DNA of 55,740 bases from a virus (taxonomy: Duplodnaviria > Caudoviricetes): IMG/VR virus record IMGVR_UViG_3300005805_000112, positions 1-55,740 of that record, one strand, 5' to 3'. The notes beneath the pieces were generated by a model. The model had not been told where the DNA came from. It did not search any database and saw nothing but the letters and a program-made list of their open reading frames with translations. Position 1 is the first letter of the stretch; each line of letters begins with the position of its first letter. Of the stretch, positions 16,928-26,507 are shown piece after piece. Both the position numbers and the translations under genes were made by a program.

Positions 16928-18970
16928 TGTGGCTCTATGAACTCCATCCCAGTCCGCTGGTGGCGGATTTTTAACGTAATCGCTACTTCTTTCATACATC
17001 ATTTCATAGTATGCATTCAGCTCACCATTGAATGCCTTGTTTAGCTTTTCACACAGTATCATTGCGTGTGTAAATTTTTGCGTGCGATAGCTGTCTAGCA
17101 TTATGTTGTGGGTGTCTCTGAACTGAGTGTAGTTGAGGAACTCCATTTCCTTGTTTGTGCCAAGTACAGTATAGATATTGACACCTTGTTTCTTTCCTTT
17201 TACTGCAATAGTGTCAAGTTCTATGATAAAATACTCGTCTGAAACGTATTCTGCAGTCTTTGGACCAATTACTATTCTCACACCATAAGGCTTCGACTGC
17301 CCTTCAAGTCTACTTGCAAGATTGACAGCATCACCAAGACATGTATAGTCGAAACGTTGATCGCTTCCCATATTACCAACAACCACTGTACCAGTGTTAA
17401 TGCCTAAACCCATTCCAAATGGAGGAACTCCCTCCTCGGCAATCTTTTTGTTAAAATCGTCAAGATCCCCCAACATACTGAGGGCTGTTTTGACAGCATT
17501 CTTTGCATGCTGCTTGTCATCTAAAGGAGCATTCCAGAAGGCCATCTGAGCATCTCCGATGTACTTGTCTAGTGTTCCACAGTTGTCTAGAATCTTTCCT
17601 GTCATAGCCGTCATGTAACGGTTCATTATGTTAGTGAGACCTTGAACGTCTTCGCCGTAATGCTCACTGATAGATGTAAACCCTCTCACATCAGTAAACA
17701 TGATAGAAAGCTCTCTGCTGTCTCCTCCAAGCTTTAGCAGGTTTGGGTTCTTCTGAAGCTTTTCGACTAGCTCCTTAGACAGATAGGATTGAAACTGCTT
17801 CTTAATCTGTTGTTTTAGCCTGAACTCTCTTGCGAAGTTATTGAACACTAGCCACGAAAAGATTAACGTAATAGAAAAGACTGGAAAGGAATAGTCAAAA
17901 AGCAAATTGTTTTGAAATGCTGCAAATCCTCCGACGACGGCTCCTGAAACTGCAACAACAAAGAAAGGAATTGTCTGCCAGACTTTAAGCTTTGGCACGA
18001 CAACTATCATTATGATTCCGACTATCAACACACCAAGTATCTCGACAAAATCAGCATAGTCAAGCCTTGTTAGACTATCTCCGTTGATCAAAGTAGACAT
18101 CATTGAGGCTTGAACGTCTGCTATGTTCTTTAGACCGTAGGGTGTTGGAACGTTTGTCGCCAGACCTTCTGCAGATATCGTCAGAATTACTACCTTGTTT
18201 TCTGCCGATTCAAGGTGATAAATCTGTCCTCTTGGAAATTCTTTGTTGTATTTGATCCACACTCTTGCATTTGAGTCTGTCTTAATTGTCTCAAATTGAG
18301 GAACACGAACAGATTCTATACCATTCTCACTTACCTTCATTTGATAGCTTGGATCACCCGTGAGAGATCTAATTACTTCTAGAGAAAGAGTTGGATACAA
18401 TTGACCAGCAACGTTGACGACAAGAGGGATTCGTCTTACAACGCCATCAATTTCACCACTTGCTGCAAGTACACCTACCCCTTCAGCAGCTTGTTCAAAC
18501 TCAGGAAGAGGCCTTACTATGCCAAGAAATCTTTGAAGGTGAGGCAGAGGGTCATTGCCTACTACCGCAATTCCTCTTGGTGTTCCATTTGTTTTTGATG
18601 CTTTGTTTGAAGGAGCCTGAGAAACAACAACACCTTCTAGAGCCCTTGCAAGATTAGCATCTTGACCAAATCTGTCTGGTTCTGAGAAGATGATAGGCAT
18701 TACTATCAATGCTGGATTGAATGTCTTAATCATTTCTATCAAAGCTGCTACTCTGTCTCTTGGCCACGGCCATTGCCCGAAGTTGTCTATGTCATCGTCT
18801 GTAATTTCTACAATGGATATTTGATCACTTTCTATCTGACCTGCATACACCTGATAGTAGTCAAACACTTTGAGTCTTGCTGTCTCTACAAGCCACCCAT
18901 CGTCTATTCTAATTGATAGGAGTGCTAAAAGAACAGCTGCAACAACCTTCCAAGAGGTGAAAAAACTCAT
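16919..18970 (-). CDS. CHASE2-domain class III adenylate cyclase
   Basis: N-terminal TM, CHASE2 (GQWPWPR, DGVVRRIPL), 3 TMs, cyclase FTDVRGFT, DKYIGDAQMAFW, GINTG, DYTCLGDAVNLASRLE. Confidence 0.92.
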   Translation of the reverse strand: MSFFTSWKVVAAVLLALLSIRIDDGWLVETARLKVFDYYQVYAGQIESDQISIVEITDDDIDNFGQWPWPRDRVAALIEMIKTFNPALIVMPIIFSEPDRFGQDANLARALEGVVVSQAPSNKASKTNGTPRGIAVVGNDPLPHLQRFLGIVRPLPEFEQAAEGVGVLAASGEIDGVVRRIPLVVNVAGQLYPTLSLEVIRSLTGDPSYQMKVSENGIESVRVPQFETIKTDSNARVWIKYNKEFPRGQIYHLESAENKVVILTISAEGLATNVPTPYGLKNIADVQASMMSTLINGDSLTRLDYADFVEILGVLIVGIIMIVVVPKLKVWQTIPFFVVAVSGAVVGGFAAFQNNLLFDYSFPVFSITLIFSWLVFNNFAREFRLKQQIKKQFQSYLSKELVEKLQKNPNLLKLGGDSRELSIMFTDVRGFTSISEHYGEDVQGLTNIMNRYMTAMTGKILDNCGTLDKYIGDAQMAFWNAPLDDKQHAKNAVKTALSMLGDLDDFNKKIAEEGVPPFGMGLGINTGTVVVGNMGSDQRFDYTCLGDAVNLASRLEGQSKPYGVRIVIGPKTAEYVSDEYFIIELDTIAVKGKKQGVNIYTVLGTNKEMEFLNYTQFRDTHNIMLDSYRTQKFTHAMILCEKLNKAFNGELNAYYEMMYERSSDYVKNPPPADWDGVHRATSK

Positions 18971-19992
18971 TTTTGTATTATCCTTATATTGTTCAGATAA
19001 GGTGAATTACCATCACCAACTGTAACAGGAATGTCTCCTTGACCCTGATTTATGTGTATTTGATAGTTCTTGTCTTTGTCAATGTTAACAGACATCGTTG
19101 CATTCACTACTCTCACAAGTTTTATAGTTGTCCCTTCTAGAATTGTGTTGATTTGTGTAGATGCATTAAACCCTGCCACCTTGCCGACAGAAGAACTATC
19201 AAACTCATCAAGAACGTTTGCGAGAAGATCGACATCTAATCTGTTAATATCCAGCTCATTAAACACCAGAAGATCCTTGTCAAGATCAGTTTTGTTAAGC
19301 TCTGTAAACTCAAGGAAGTCATTTCTAAGCAAAATGGAACCCCCTTCTTCTTTGTCTGCCAATTCAGGCTTAGAAACTATCAGAAGATTGTTAATTTGAG
19401 ATTCCGTAAGATTCAATATGACTGGGGAAGCTGGTTTGTTTTCACTTGATGCAACAAACGTCGACTGGAATGCCTTGTTGAGAACAACTTGTCCTGCATC
19501 AGTGTCAACTCTAATCTCACCCACAGTTCCATCATTGTTGGGAAGAAGAATCACAAGACTTTGGCCAACTTCATCAACAGTCATGCTGAATGAAGTTCCT
19601 CTGACACCCACTGTAGCAACAGGGGTTTGAATATTGATATTTTCGTTGTTGTTTTTTGCAATTGCACCGGAAGCATAGCGAACGGTTCCAAGAGCTATTT
19701 TCATAGACATCTTTCCCACTCCTTTGTTTGGGTCAAAGATGTACTCGTCTATGATAAGCTTACTGTTTTCTGTTATTGCTACTTGAGTTTCGTCTTTGAA
19801 TTTGATGTTGGCTCTTGCTCTTGAAGTTCTCACAGTGTCTAGCGATTCTACCTGAGAACCTTTTGATACGTCTACAGAAGAACCAGATTTTTTGTCTAGT
19901 TGAGCCGGGCCAGTCAGTTGGATGATTTCACCAATTGGACTGGCTTTCGCTTCAGTCAGACTGAGTAATAGTAGAAGTATGATTATTGCCAT
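18967..19992 (-). CDS. Exported FecR-domain protein
   Basis: Signal peptide; D.VRT, F.DET.V...ENS.L.ID, TPVATVGVRGTSF FecR-like motifs. Confidence 0.85.
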   Translation of the reverse strand: MAIIILLLLLSLTEAKASPIGEIIQLTGPAQLDKKSGSSVDVSKGSQVESLDTVRTSRARANIKFKDETQVAITENSKLIIDEYIFDPNKGVGKMSMKIALGTVRYASGAIAKNNNENINIQTPVATVGVRGTSFSMTVDEVGQSLVILLPNNDGTVGEIRVDTDAGQVVLNKAFQSTFVASSENKPASPVILNLTESQINNLLIVSKPELADKEEGGSILLRNDFLEFTELNKTDLDKDLLVFNELDINRLDVDLLANVLDEFDSSSVGKVAGFNASTQINTILEGTTIKLVRVVNATMSVNIDKDKNYQIHINQGQGDIPVTVGDGNSPYLNNIRIIQK

Positions 19993-20623
19993 TTGTCGTC
20001 ACATTCATTGTCTTTGTTATGTTTCCTGTTTGTGTCAGTGTAAGAGTTCCGTTGTTTCCTGTGTGTGAAACAACGGCAGAATGCGGAACGACTGGAGCAC
20101 CGGATTGGTTGAACGTTGTTGTATTAGTGTTTCCTGTCACTGTCAAAGTCAATGAACCTCCCTGACTATTCATTGTCAGGTTTGTTGTGTTCGTGTCTCC
20201 AGTGATAGTTGCATCAACAGTTATTTGATTTTGCTTTGCAACTACAGATGTAGTATTGTTGTCACCAATGTCATAGAACTTAATGTTTGCATCTGTGCAA
20301 TTGAAAGCTCCCCCTTCATTGCATTTGAAGTCCATTGTATTTGAGTTGCCTTCCTGCTTTAGATCGACAACGTTTGTGTTGCCTCTCAACTCAAAATTCA
20401 ACACGTTTGTTGCTCCATCCTGCATCACGGTGATTGTGTTGTTGTCGCCATTAATGATTGCAGGATTGATAGAGGTGTTTATCTTGTTGAGAGCTCCATT
20501 CTGTTGCGTGATTGTAAGAGTCAGAGCGTCTCCTGTTTGTTCAATGTAGATTTCACTTTCTGTTGCAAATGCAGCACTAGACATCAAACTAATCAACAAA
20601 CCCACAAAAAGGTTTTTGATCAT
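19952..20623 (-). CDS. Secreted curlin-like beta-repeat protein
   Basis: Signal peptide (SSAAFA); repeated N-x6-Q-x-G-like units (IYIEQTG, NNTITVMQDG, NVVDLKQEG, NTTTFNQSG, TLTLTQTG); Asn/Thr-rich. Confidence 0.7.
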   Translation of the reverse strand: MIKNLFVGLLISLMSSAAFATESEIYIEQTGDALTLTITQQNGALNKINTSINPAIINGDNNTITVMQDGATNVLNFELRGNTNVVDLKQEGNSNTMDFKCNEGGAFNCTDANIKFYDIGDNNTTSVVAKQNQITVDATITGDTNTTNLTMNSQGGSLTLTVTGNTNTTTFNQSGAPVVPHSAVVSHTGNNGTLTLTQTGNITKTMNVTTNGNNHTSTITQSD

Positions 20624-21405
20624 GTGTTTTCCTTTCTTTTCCAGATTTTCTTTCGTTCACCTTCTTTGATTAACTCTACAACAGACTGTTCGATAGCAGC
20701 CTTTACTGCATAGTTTGTTGGTTCATTCATTGCAAGACCAACCTCAGTTTCGACTGCTTTTGTGCCCATGTCTACAAATCTAAACACATCTGCTTGTGTT
20801 CTATAGCTTAGGATTGTCTTTTCAACTGCCGTAGAAATTAGAATCTCACCTGTCTGTACACTTACCATTCTTATGAATACAGTGACGACATCTTGTCTAT
20901 ACTGTGTAGAAGCACCTATTCCCAAGTATCTTGCTCCAATGCCTCCAGATGAGATGTTTGTGTCGTAACTAATAATTCCTCCCTCAACAATCACACCTGC
21001 AAACAGCAATGGCTTAAGTTCTTTTGCCTTCTCACCTTCAAATGCTTCTCTTGCTGTTCTAATCAACTGTCTCTCTTTTATGAGGTTGTCTAAACCCACG
21101 CGTTCTACAACTTTGAACCACTTTCCATTTCCAACATCTTGAAGAGACTTTATCACCCACGAATCAGCTCCTTGTGTGACAGCAGTGCTTAAATGAGCGA
21201 CGTTATCACTAGGCTTTCTTTGACCAGTTTTATCGAGATAGGAATAGACAGCTACTACGACTGGAGGACCGTCTATCTCCCCAATAGTTTCAAACTCTTT
21301 TTTGACTGTGGCATCTGGCTGCATTGATGAGGGAGCATAGAATTTTGGGACAAAAGAACAAGATGCAATTAGCAATGCTAGAGGCAAAAACAACAACTTT
21401 TTCAT
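20620..21405 (-). CDS. csgG: CsgG/HfaB family outer-membrane secretion pore lipoprotein
   Basis: Lipobox LIASC; VAVYSYLDKTGQRKP, STAVTQG, WFKVVER, EGGIISYD, GGIGARYLGIG. Confidence 0.92.
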   Translation of the reverse strand: MKKLLFLPLALLIASCSFVPKFYAPSSMQPDATVKKEFETIGEIDGPPVVVAVYSYLDKTGQRKPSDNVAHLSTAVTQGADSWVIKSLQDVGNGKWFKVVERVGLDNLIKERQLIRTAREAFEGEKAKELKPLLFAGVIVEGGIISYDTNISSGGIGARYLGIGASTQYRQDVVTVFIRMVSVQTGEILISTAVEKTILSYRTQADVFRFVDMGTKAVETEVGLAMNEPTNYAVKAAIEQSVVELIKEGERKKIWKRKENT

Positions 21406-21845
21406 TAGAATTTGAACTCGCCGATAGGAACTTCGACTGTTGTCGTGTTTCCGTTTGGTTGAACTATAGAAAGAGTGACAGATGAAGCATCTTTGATAAA
21501 CGAAATAGTGTTGCCTTCGACAACAACAGACCCACTGTTGCTTGCACTTTCGCCGAACATTGTGTCTACAAGCTGCTTGCTAATTTGTGCATAGATTCTT
21601 CCTTCTACGTTCAGAAGGAACTTTGAAAGGTTTGAATTGTCTATCTTTCTTTGCTCCTCACGACGTCTTGCGTCTTCGTCCGCTCTGATCTTCTCTCTTC
21701 TCTGGGATTCCATTGTTTCAATGGTCAGAACGTGCGACGAGTACCCAATTCCGCTGAATGAGGGATTTTTAAACGAAAAAGTTTGTGGTTCACTTTGTGA
21801 GATCGAAGGGATCAACACCATGACAAGGAGCAGAGTTTTGCGCAT
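21405..21845 (-). CDS. csgF: CsgF-like curli assembly protein
   Basis: GGAGGA RBS; signal peptide then TFSFKNPSFSG (cf. CsgF FQFRNPNFGG); NGNTTTVEVP C-terminus. Confidence 0.8.
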   Translation of the reverse strand: MRKTLLLVMVLIPSISQSEPQTFSFKNPSFSGIGYSSHVLTIETMESQRREKIRADEDARRREEQRKIDNSNLSKFLLNVEGRIYAQISKQLVDTMFGESASNSGSVVVEGNTISFIKDASSVTLSIVQPNGNTTTVEVPIGEFKF

Positions 21846-21859
21846 AGATCCTCCTGCAA

Positions 21860-21867
21860 TATTTATG
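21860..21867 (-). promoter_or_regulatory. T4-type late promoter for csgF-cyclase operon
   Basis: Reverse strand CATAAATA a few nt upstream of the csgF RBS. Confidence 0.6.
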
Positions 21868-21895
21868 TTGACACCCAATTTCTTATGTGTATAAT
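21868..21895 (+). promoter_or_regulatory. Sigma70-type promoter (divergent)
   Basis: TTGACA-N16-TATAAT. Confidence 0.7.
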
Positions 21896-21924
21896 GCAAC
21901 TGCCAACTACTTATGGAGAAATAT

Positions 21925-22146
21925 ATGAATCAGCGTAAAGGTAAGACTCACAGTGCAGCTCTTGGTGATGGCAGCAAAATTGACTTCAGGCAGCTTGTCA
22001 ACTATGTACACAGTGCAAGAGCTGCTCTTGAGAAGGAAGGGCTGGAAGACGCTGCATTCCGCTTCGAGATGTTTGAAGAGTTTCTTCGCAATGACTATGG
22101 AAGCGGTCAGCCTCTTGAATTTAAGACTCGTCATCTAGGAATGTGA
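21925..22146 (+). CDS. Hypothetical protein
   Basis: GGAG RBS; own promoter and terminator. Confidence 0.65.
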   Translation: MNQRKGKTHSAALGDGSKIDFRQLVNYVHSARAALEKEGLEDAAFRFEMFEEFLRNDYGSGQPLEFKTRHLGM

Positions 22147-22162
22147 CACTTACAAGCTAAAC

Positions 22163-22193
22163 AGCCCCAGGGGTTCTGCTCCTGGGGCTTTTT
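22163..22193 (+). terminator. Rho-independent terminator
   Basis: AGCCCCAGG...CCTGGGGCT followed by T-tract. Confidence 0.85.
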
Positions 22194-22224
22194 CTTTAGC
22201 TAAATATGTAAAATAGGAGGCGTC

Positions 22225-23241
22225 ATGTTCAATTTCCTTAGTTTTTTGGTAGAGAGTAGTGAAAAGAATTCCATTGGTGTTGCAGCTGAGTTGCTAACGC
22301 AAAAGCATCTTAATAACGGTAAGATGCCACTTCGATACAATGACGAAGCCGGTCGTGGTCCTGCAGAAGCCCTTGCTCACCACACCTCGATCATTTCACC
22401 AGAAACTGCCACAACAATTCACGATCATGCCAAAAAGATTGCAGACGCCGTCAGAGATCATTTTCCACATCATGAAGTAATCGGCACAACATGGTCAAGC
22501 AGCAAAGGCGATCTACAAAGACATCACAACATCCAAAAAACAGGTGGCAAGCAAACAGAATATGATAATGCAGATTTTATTGTTCATTTGAGACACAAGA
22601 AGACCGGCGAAGCTTCTCATCACGGTGTTAGCTTAAAGTATGGCAAAGATCCAACTGACCTTAATCCTGGCATTCCCTCCATTTCAAAATTAACAAATTC
22701 GTCTGAAGAAGGTGCAAACAAAATCATTAACAATCACAACAAAAAAATTGATGATGCATTTGAGTCAGTTCACAAAGGTTTTTCTAAACTGTCAAAGGAA
22801 GCAAAAGCTGATGTAATTAGACAAGCTAAAACAACACATCCTGAAGTTCACAAGATGGCAAATGATATTGCTCGTCAAAGATCAGCAGAACTAGCAAACC
22901 ATTTTCATTCCGGATTCAAAAATATGTCAATTGAAGGAAAGAGAGCTGCCGTCAGCGCCATTTCGGGCTCTGGCCAGAAATCTATTTCTACATCCAAGGT
23001 TGTAATGAATCCCAAAACATCTAAAGTGAAAGTTAGCGATGAAGATAGTATTAGAAATCAGAAGCTAAGTACATACTCAAACATTCACTCAGAAGTTGTT
23101 GGCGGCAAGATACATTTTCATGGTGTCCTTCCTGATGGCACAATTCACAAGAGAATTGCATCACTAGAGATTAGATCTAAGAGTACAAATTCTAGCCCTC
23201 ACGTAATTAAGACTACTGGTAAGGGAAGGTTTAAAGAGTAA
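22225..23241 (+). CDS. Putative PD-(D/E)xK-fold nuclease-like late protein
   Basis: NADFIV...GVSLK motif; CTAAATA at 22200; N-terminus MFNFLSFLVE. Confidence 0.5.
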   Translation: MFNFLSFLVESSEKNSIGVAAELLTQKHLNNGKMPLRYNDEAGRGPAEALAHHTSIISPETATTIHDHAKKIADAVRDHFPHHEVIGTTWSSSKGDLQRHHNIQKTGGKQTEYDNADFIVHLRHKKTGEASHHGVSLKYGKDPTDLNPGIPSISKLTNSSEEGANKIINNHNKKIDDAFESVHKGFSKLSKEAKADVIRQAKTTHPEVHKMANDIARQRSAELANHFHSGFKNMSIEGKRAAVSAISGSGQKSISTSKVVMNPKTSKVKVSDEDSIRNQKLSTYSNIHSEVVGGKIHFHGVLPDGTIHKRIASLEIRSKSTNSSPHVIKTTGKGRFKE

Positions 23242-23245
23242 AAAA

Positions 23246-24565
23246 ATGACACAGTTTAGAACAGACAAAAGTGAATTCTTAAACCACAACAGATCAATCT
23301 ATGAAGTTGTTATGGTTGCAGATCAATATGGCAACATGTCATCCAGCGGCAATCCAAATGGAATGGCTGTTGATGCGTTTGGTCGTGCTAGAATATCTGC
23401 TCCACTGACTCTATTTGATTCATCTCATAGATATAACGACAATGGTCTTTGGTCCTATTCAAATACTGCTGGCACAACGGTAGCATTTAACGCAAATGCA
23501 GGCCTGATAGAGATGACTTTGCCTACAACCTCGGGCGCTGAAATTATTAGGGAAACAACAAAGGTTTTTTCATATCAGCCGGGCAAATCACTTCAGACAT
23601 TAAACACATTTTGTTTTAACCCAGCCAAAGCAAACCTACGTCAAAGAGTTGGGTATTTTGGTGCAGATAATGGAATTTTTTTAGAACTTGATGGTTCTAC
23701 TTTGTACTTTGTAGAGAGATCTAAAGTAACTGGTTCGGTAACTGAAACGAAGGTTGCTCAGCAAGATTGGAATATTGACACATTATTGGGCAGTGAGCTA
23801 TCTAGCCCATCACATATGACATTAGACATTACAAAAGCTCAAATTTTGTTTTCTGATATTGAGTGGCTTGGTATTGGAACTGTGAGAGTAGGCTTTGTCA
23901 TTGATGGAAGATTTATTCATTGCCATTCATTCCATCATGCTAACTTCATTGACAGCACCTACATTACTACAGCTTCTCTTCCTTTGCGATATGAAATCAA
24001 AAACAACGGTGGTGCTACATCGTCTTCTAGCACGATGAAGCAGGTTTGCTCCTCTGTAATCTCAGAAGGAGGGTATGATCTTTATGGGGCTCAAAGAGCA
24101 ATCGTTACCCCTATAAATTTACCGATTGATCTTGGCACATCAGGAACAATAGCTCCGGTGATTTCAATTAGACTTAAAACAAGCCCAAATAGACTAGATG
24201 CGATTGTTATCCTTACTGCAATTTCAATTATGGGTGTAACCAATAACTGCAATTATAATTGGCAAGTTGTATCTTCTGGAACAACATCTGGAGGAACGTG
24301 GACAAGTCTAGCAGACGACAGCTCCGTTGAATACAATATTACTGGTTCATCGTTTACTGGTGGAAGAATTCTTGCTTCTGGATTTCTCTCTGGGTCCGCT
24401 CAAGGAACGCAATCAGTTGATATTCTGAAAGAAGCATTGTTTAAATTTCAGCTCGAGCGTAACTCACTAACAAGTACTCCATTTGAACTTACTCTTGTTG
24501 CATCAGCAAGCTTGTCTGGTGGTGATATTCTCGCAGCGATGGATTTTGAAGAAATTTCGAGGTAA
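23246..24565 (+). CDS. Probable virion structural protein
   Basis: DAFGRAR, YQPGKS, EWLGIGTVRVGF; Ser/Thr/Gly-rich beta protein in late cluster. Confidence 0.6.
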   Translation: MTQFRTDKSEFLNHNRSIYEVVMVADQYGNMSSSGNPNGMAVDAFGRARISAPLTLFDSSHRYNDNGLWSYSNTAGTTVAFNANAGLIEMTLPTTSGAEIIRETTKVFSYQPGKSLQTLNTFCFNPAKANLRQRVGYFGADNGIFLELDGSTLYFVERSKVTGSVTETKVAQQDWNIDTLLGSELSSPSHMTLDITKAQILFSDIEWLGIGTVRVGFVIDGRFIHCHSFHHANFIDSTYITTASLPLRYEIKNNGGATSSSSTMKQVCSSVISEGGYDLYGAQRAIVTPINLPIDLGTSGTIAPVISIRLKTSPNRLDAIVILTAISIMGVTNNCNYNWQVVSSGTTSGGTWTSLADDSSVEYNITGSSFTGGRILASGFLSGSAQGTQSVDILKEALFKFQLERNSLTSTPFELTLVASASLSGGDILAAMDFEEISR

Positions 24566-24567
24566 TC

Positions 24568-25215
24568 ATGTATAATGATCTTTTAAAGTTTAGAGACACA
24601 CTAATTGACGGCATATCTCCTTGGTTATGGGTAAAACAGGATGATGGAGCTTGGGATGGTCCTAAGGGTGACTGGGAACAGGCACACAAACAACTATGGC
24701 TTGCAAATGCAAGAAACCATGAAGTTGTGGTCCAGGCTGGTGGCAATTGTGGAATGTATCCTCGTCTGCTTGCACAACACTTCAAGCGTGTCTACACATT
24801 TGAACCCGACCCACTAAATTTCCATTGCTTGGTCAATAACAACCAGCTAAACAACGTCTACAAGTTCCAGGCTGCACTTGGTGCTGAGAACAAGCTGATC
24901 TCTGTTGCAAGAGGAGGCTTCTCAAATGTAGGCACACATACTGTTGTAGAAAACCTTGATCAAGAGATCTCACACGTTCCTATGCTTACTCTAGACTCGT
25001 TCAATTTAGACAATTGCGGATTCATTCAGCTTGATGTAGAAGGCTATGAGGGTAGGATCCTTCAAGGTGCAGTCGAGACAATCAAGCGTTTCAAGCCATC
25101 AATTTCTTGTGAAAATGGCCATGTCCAAGACGTTTGCGACTTCTTGATTGGTGTTGGCTACGTCGTCAAGGACAAGTCTGGCGCCGACACTCTATATGTC
25201 TTTGATGATAAATAA
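24568..25215 (+). CDS. FkbM family SAM-dependent methyltransferase
   Basis: QAGGNCG, VYTFEP, LDVEGYE. Confidence 0.85.
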   Translation: MYNDLLKFRDTLIDGISPWLWVKQDDGAWDGPKGDWEQAHKQLWLANARNHEVVVQAGGNCGMYPRLLAQHFKRVYTFEPDPLNFHCLVNNNQLNNVYKFQAALGAENKLISVARGGFSNVGTHTVVENLDQEISHVPMLTLDSFNLDNCGFIQLDVEGYEGRILQGAVETIKRFKPSISCENGHVQDVCDFLIGVGYVVKDKSGADTLYVFDDK

Positions 25216-25239
25216 TACTAGTCGTTTGAGGGAGCCAAA

Positions 25240-25593
25240 ATGGGAACGCAAAGTACAACCGTTATCTCCGGTAATAAAGACGGAAAACGAACACCAAACG
25301 TCGACACAACAGAGAAAAAGAAGTACAAAAGACTCGTTGACTTTGAGCCAAAACTTCAAACCACAAACGAAGAACAAAAAGTCTTTCACACCACAAAGTG
25401 GACCGTCGCAAAGAGAGATCCAAAAGTTGGATATACTTTTGTAAAAAGGTTTGACACAGAGACGGAGGCTAAGATGTTTGCAAAAGACAAGCCAGAACAT
25501 GATGTTATTAAGCCTTCATCGCAGTTGTTCAAATCTTCTTTGACGACAAGGGATTTCACTCCATCTTGGAAACTAGGTAAAACAAATGCTTGA
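25240..25593 (+). CDS. Hypothetical late protein
   Basis: ATAAATA at 25208; GGAG RBS. Confidence 0.55.
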   Translation: MGTQSTTVISGNKDGKRTPNVDTTEKKKYKRLVDFEPKLQTTNEEQKVFHTTKWTVAKRDPKVGYTFVKRFDTETEAKMFAKDKPEHDVIKPSSQLFKSSLTTRDFTPSWKLGKTNA

Positions 25594-25921
25594 CAAATTC
25601 ACCGATTATCTTAGTTTTAGTTTCTTGTTTTCAAGTGACACTCTTGTTGAAGCAGAGCACAGAGGAAAGTCTGTAACACTCAACAAGCCATTCAGACTCC
25701 CATCAGGTTCCAAGAAGAAGTTTGGTGTCTATGTTCGTAGTGGTTCTGGAGGCGTCAAGAAGGTTTCGTTTGGTGATCCTAATCTCTCAATCAAAAGAGA
25801 CAGCCCAACTCGTCGCAAGTCGTTCCGTGCAAGACACAATTGTGCAACTGCCTCTGACAAAGGGTCAGCAAGATATTGGTCATGCAGACAATGGAGATCT
25901 TCTGCCGAGGTAGAAGCATGA
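25586..25921 (+). CDS. Conserved basic phage protein (DUF6321-like)
   Basis: LNKPFR, KKVSFGDP, RRKSFRARHNC, RYWSC. Confidence 0.7.
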   Translation: MLDKFTDYLSFSFLFSSDTLVEAEHRGKSVTLNKPFRLPSGSKKKFGVYVRSGSGGVKKVSFGDPNLSIKRDSPTRRKSFRARHNCATASDKGSARYWSCRQWRSSAEVEA

Positions 25922-26481
25922 AAACCCTGAACGAAATTTTAGGTCCTAGAATCACCAAAAATCTTACTGTTCATGTAAGAGACATAATAAAACCATCCAA
26001 ATTTAGAAAAATCACTTTCAGAAAGCGTATGTCAAAGCCAAAACTTGCTGTAAAAAATACAAGGGAAGAACACATTTTTTCTGAGGACCTTCGCAAATGG
26101 TTTCGTGAGAAATGGGTTCGAATGGACACCAAAGGTAACATCAAAGGGGATTGTGCAAGAGAGCCTGGTGAAGGAAAACCAAAGTGTCTTCCTCTGTCAA
26201 AAGCAAGAGCAATGGACAAGGAAAAGCGCGCAGCTGCTGCAAAGAGGAAAAGAAGAGAAGATCCTGTAGCCGACAGAAAGGGCAAAGGAGAAGCCCCAAT
26301 CAATGTTCGCACTGAGCAGATCGAAAATCTAGAAGAAAAGAATATACCCACTAATCCTCAACTGTGGTCAAAAGCAAAGTCTCTTGCCAGATCAAAATTT
26401 GATGTGTATCCATCGGCCTATGCAAATGGATGGGCTGCTAAATGGTACAAATCTAAAGGTGGCGGCTGGAAAGCTGGCTAA
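25918..26481 (+). CDS. Conserved basic phage protein (DUF5872-like C-terminus)
   Basis: LRKWFREKWV, KPKCLP, YPSAYANGWAAKWYKSKGGGW. Confidence 0.65.
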   Translation: MKTLNEILGPRITKNLTVHVRDIIKPSKFRKITFRKRMSKPKLAVKNTREEHIFSEDLRKWFREKWVRMDTKGNIKGDCAREPGEGKPKCLPLSKARAMDKEKRAAAAKRKRREDPVADRKGKGEAPINVRTEQIENLEEKNIPTNPQLWSKAKSLARSKFDVYPSAYANGWAAKWYKSKGGGWKAG

Positions 26482-26507
26482 ATTGTCTAACAAAATTGGA
26501 GTTTCAA

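Noticed and set aside
16919-18970. CBASS/Pycsar-type defence cyclase
   Set aside because: Membrane CHASE2 sensor architecture with ATP-type specificity residue and no adjacent effector gene
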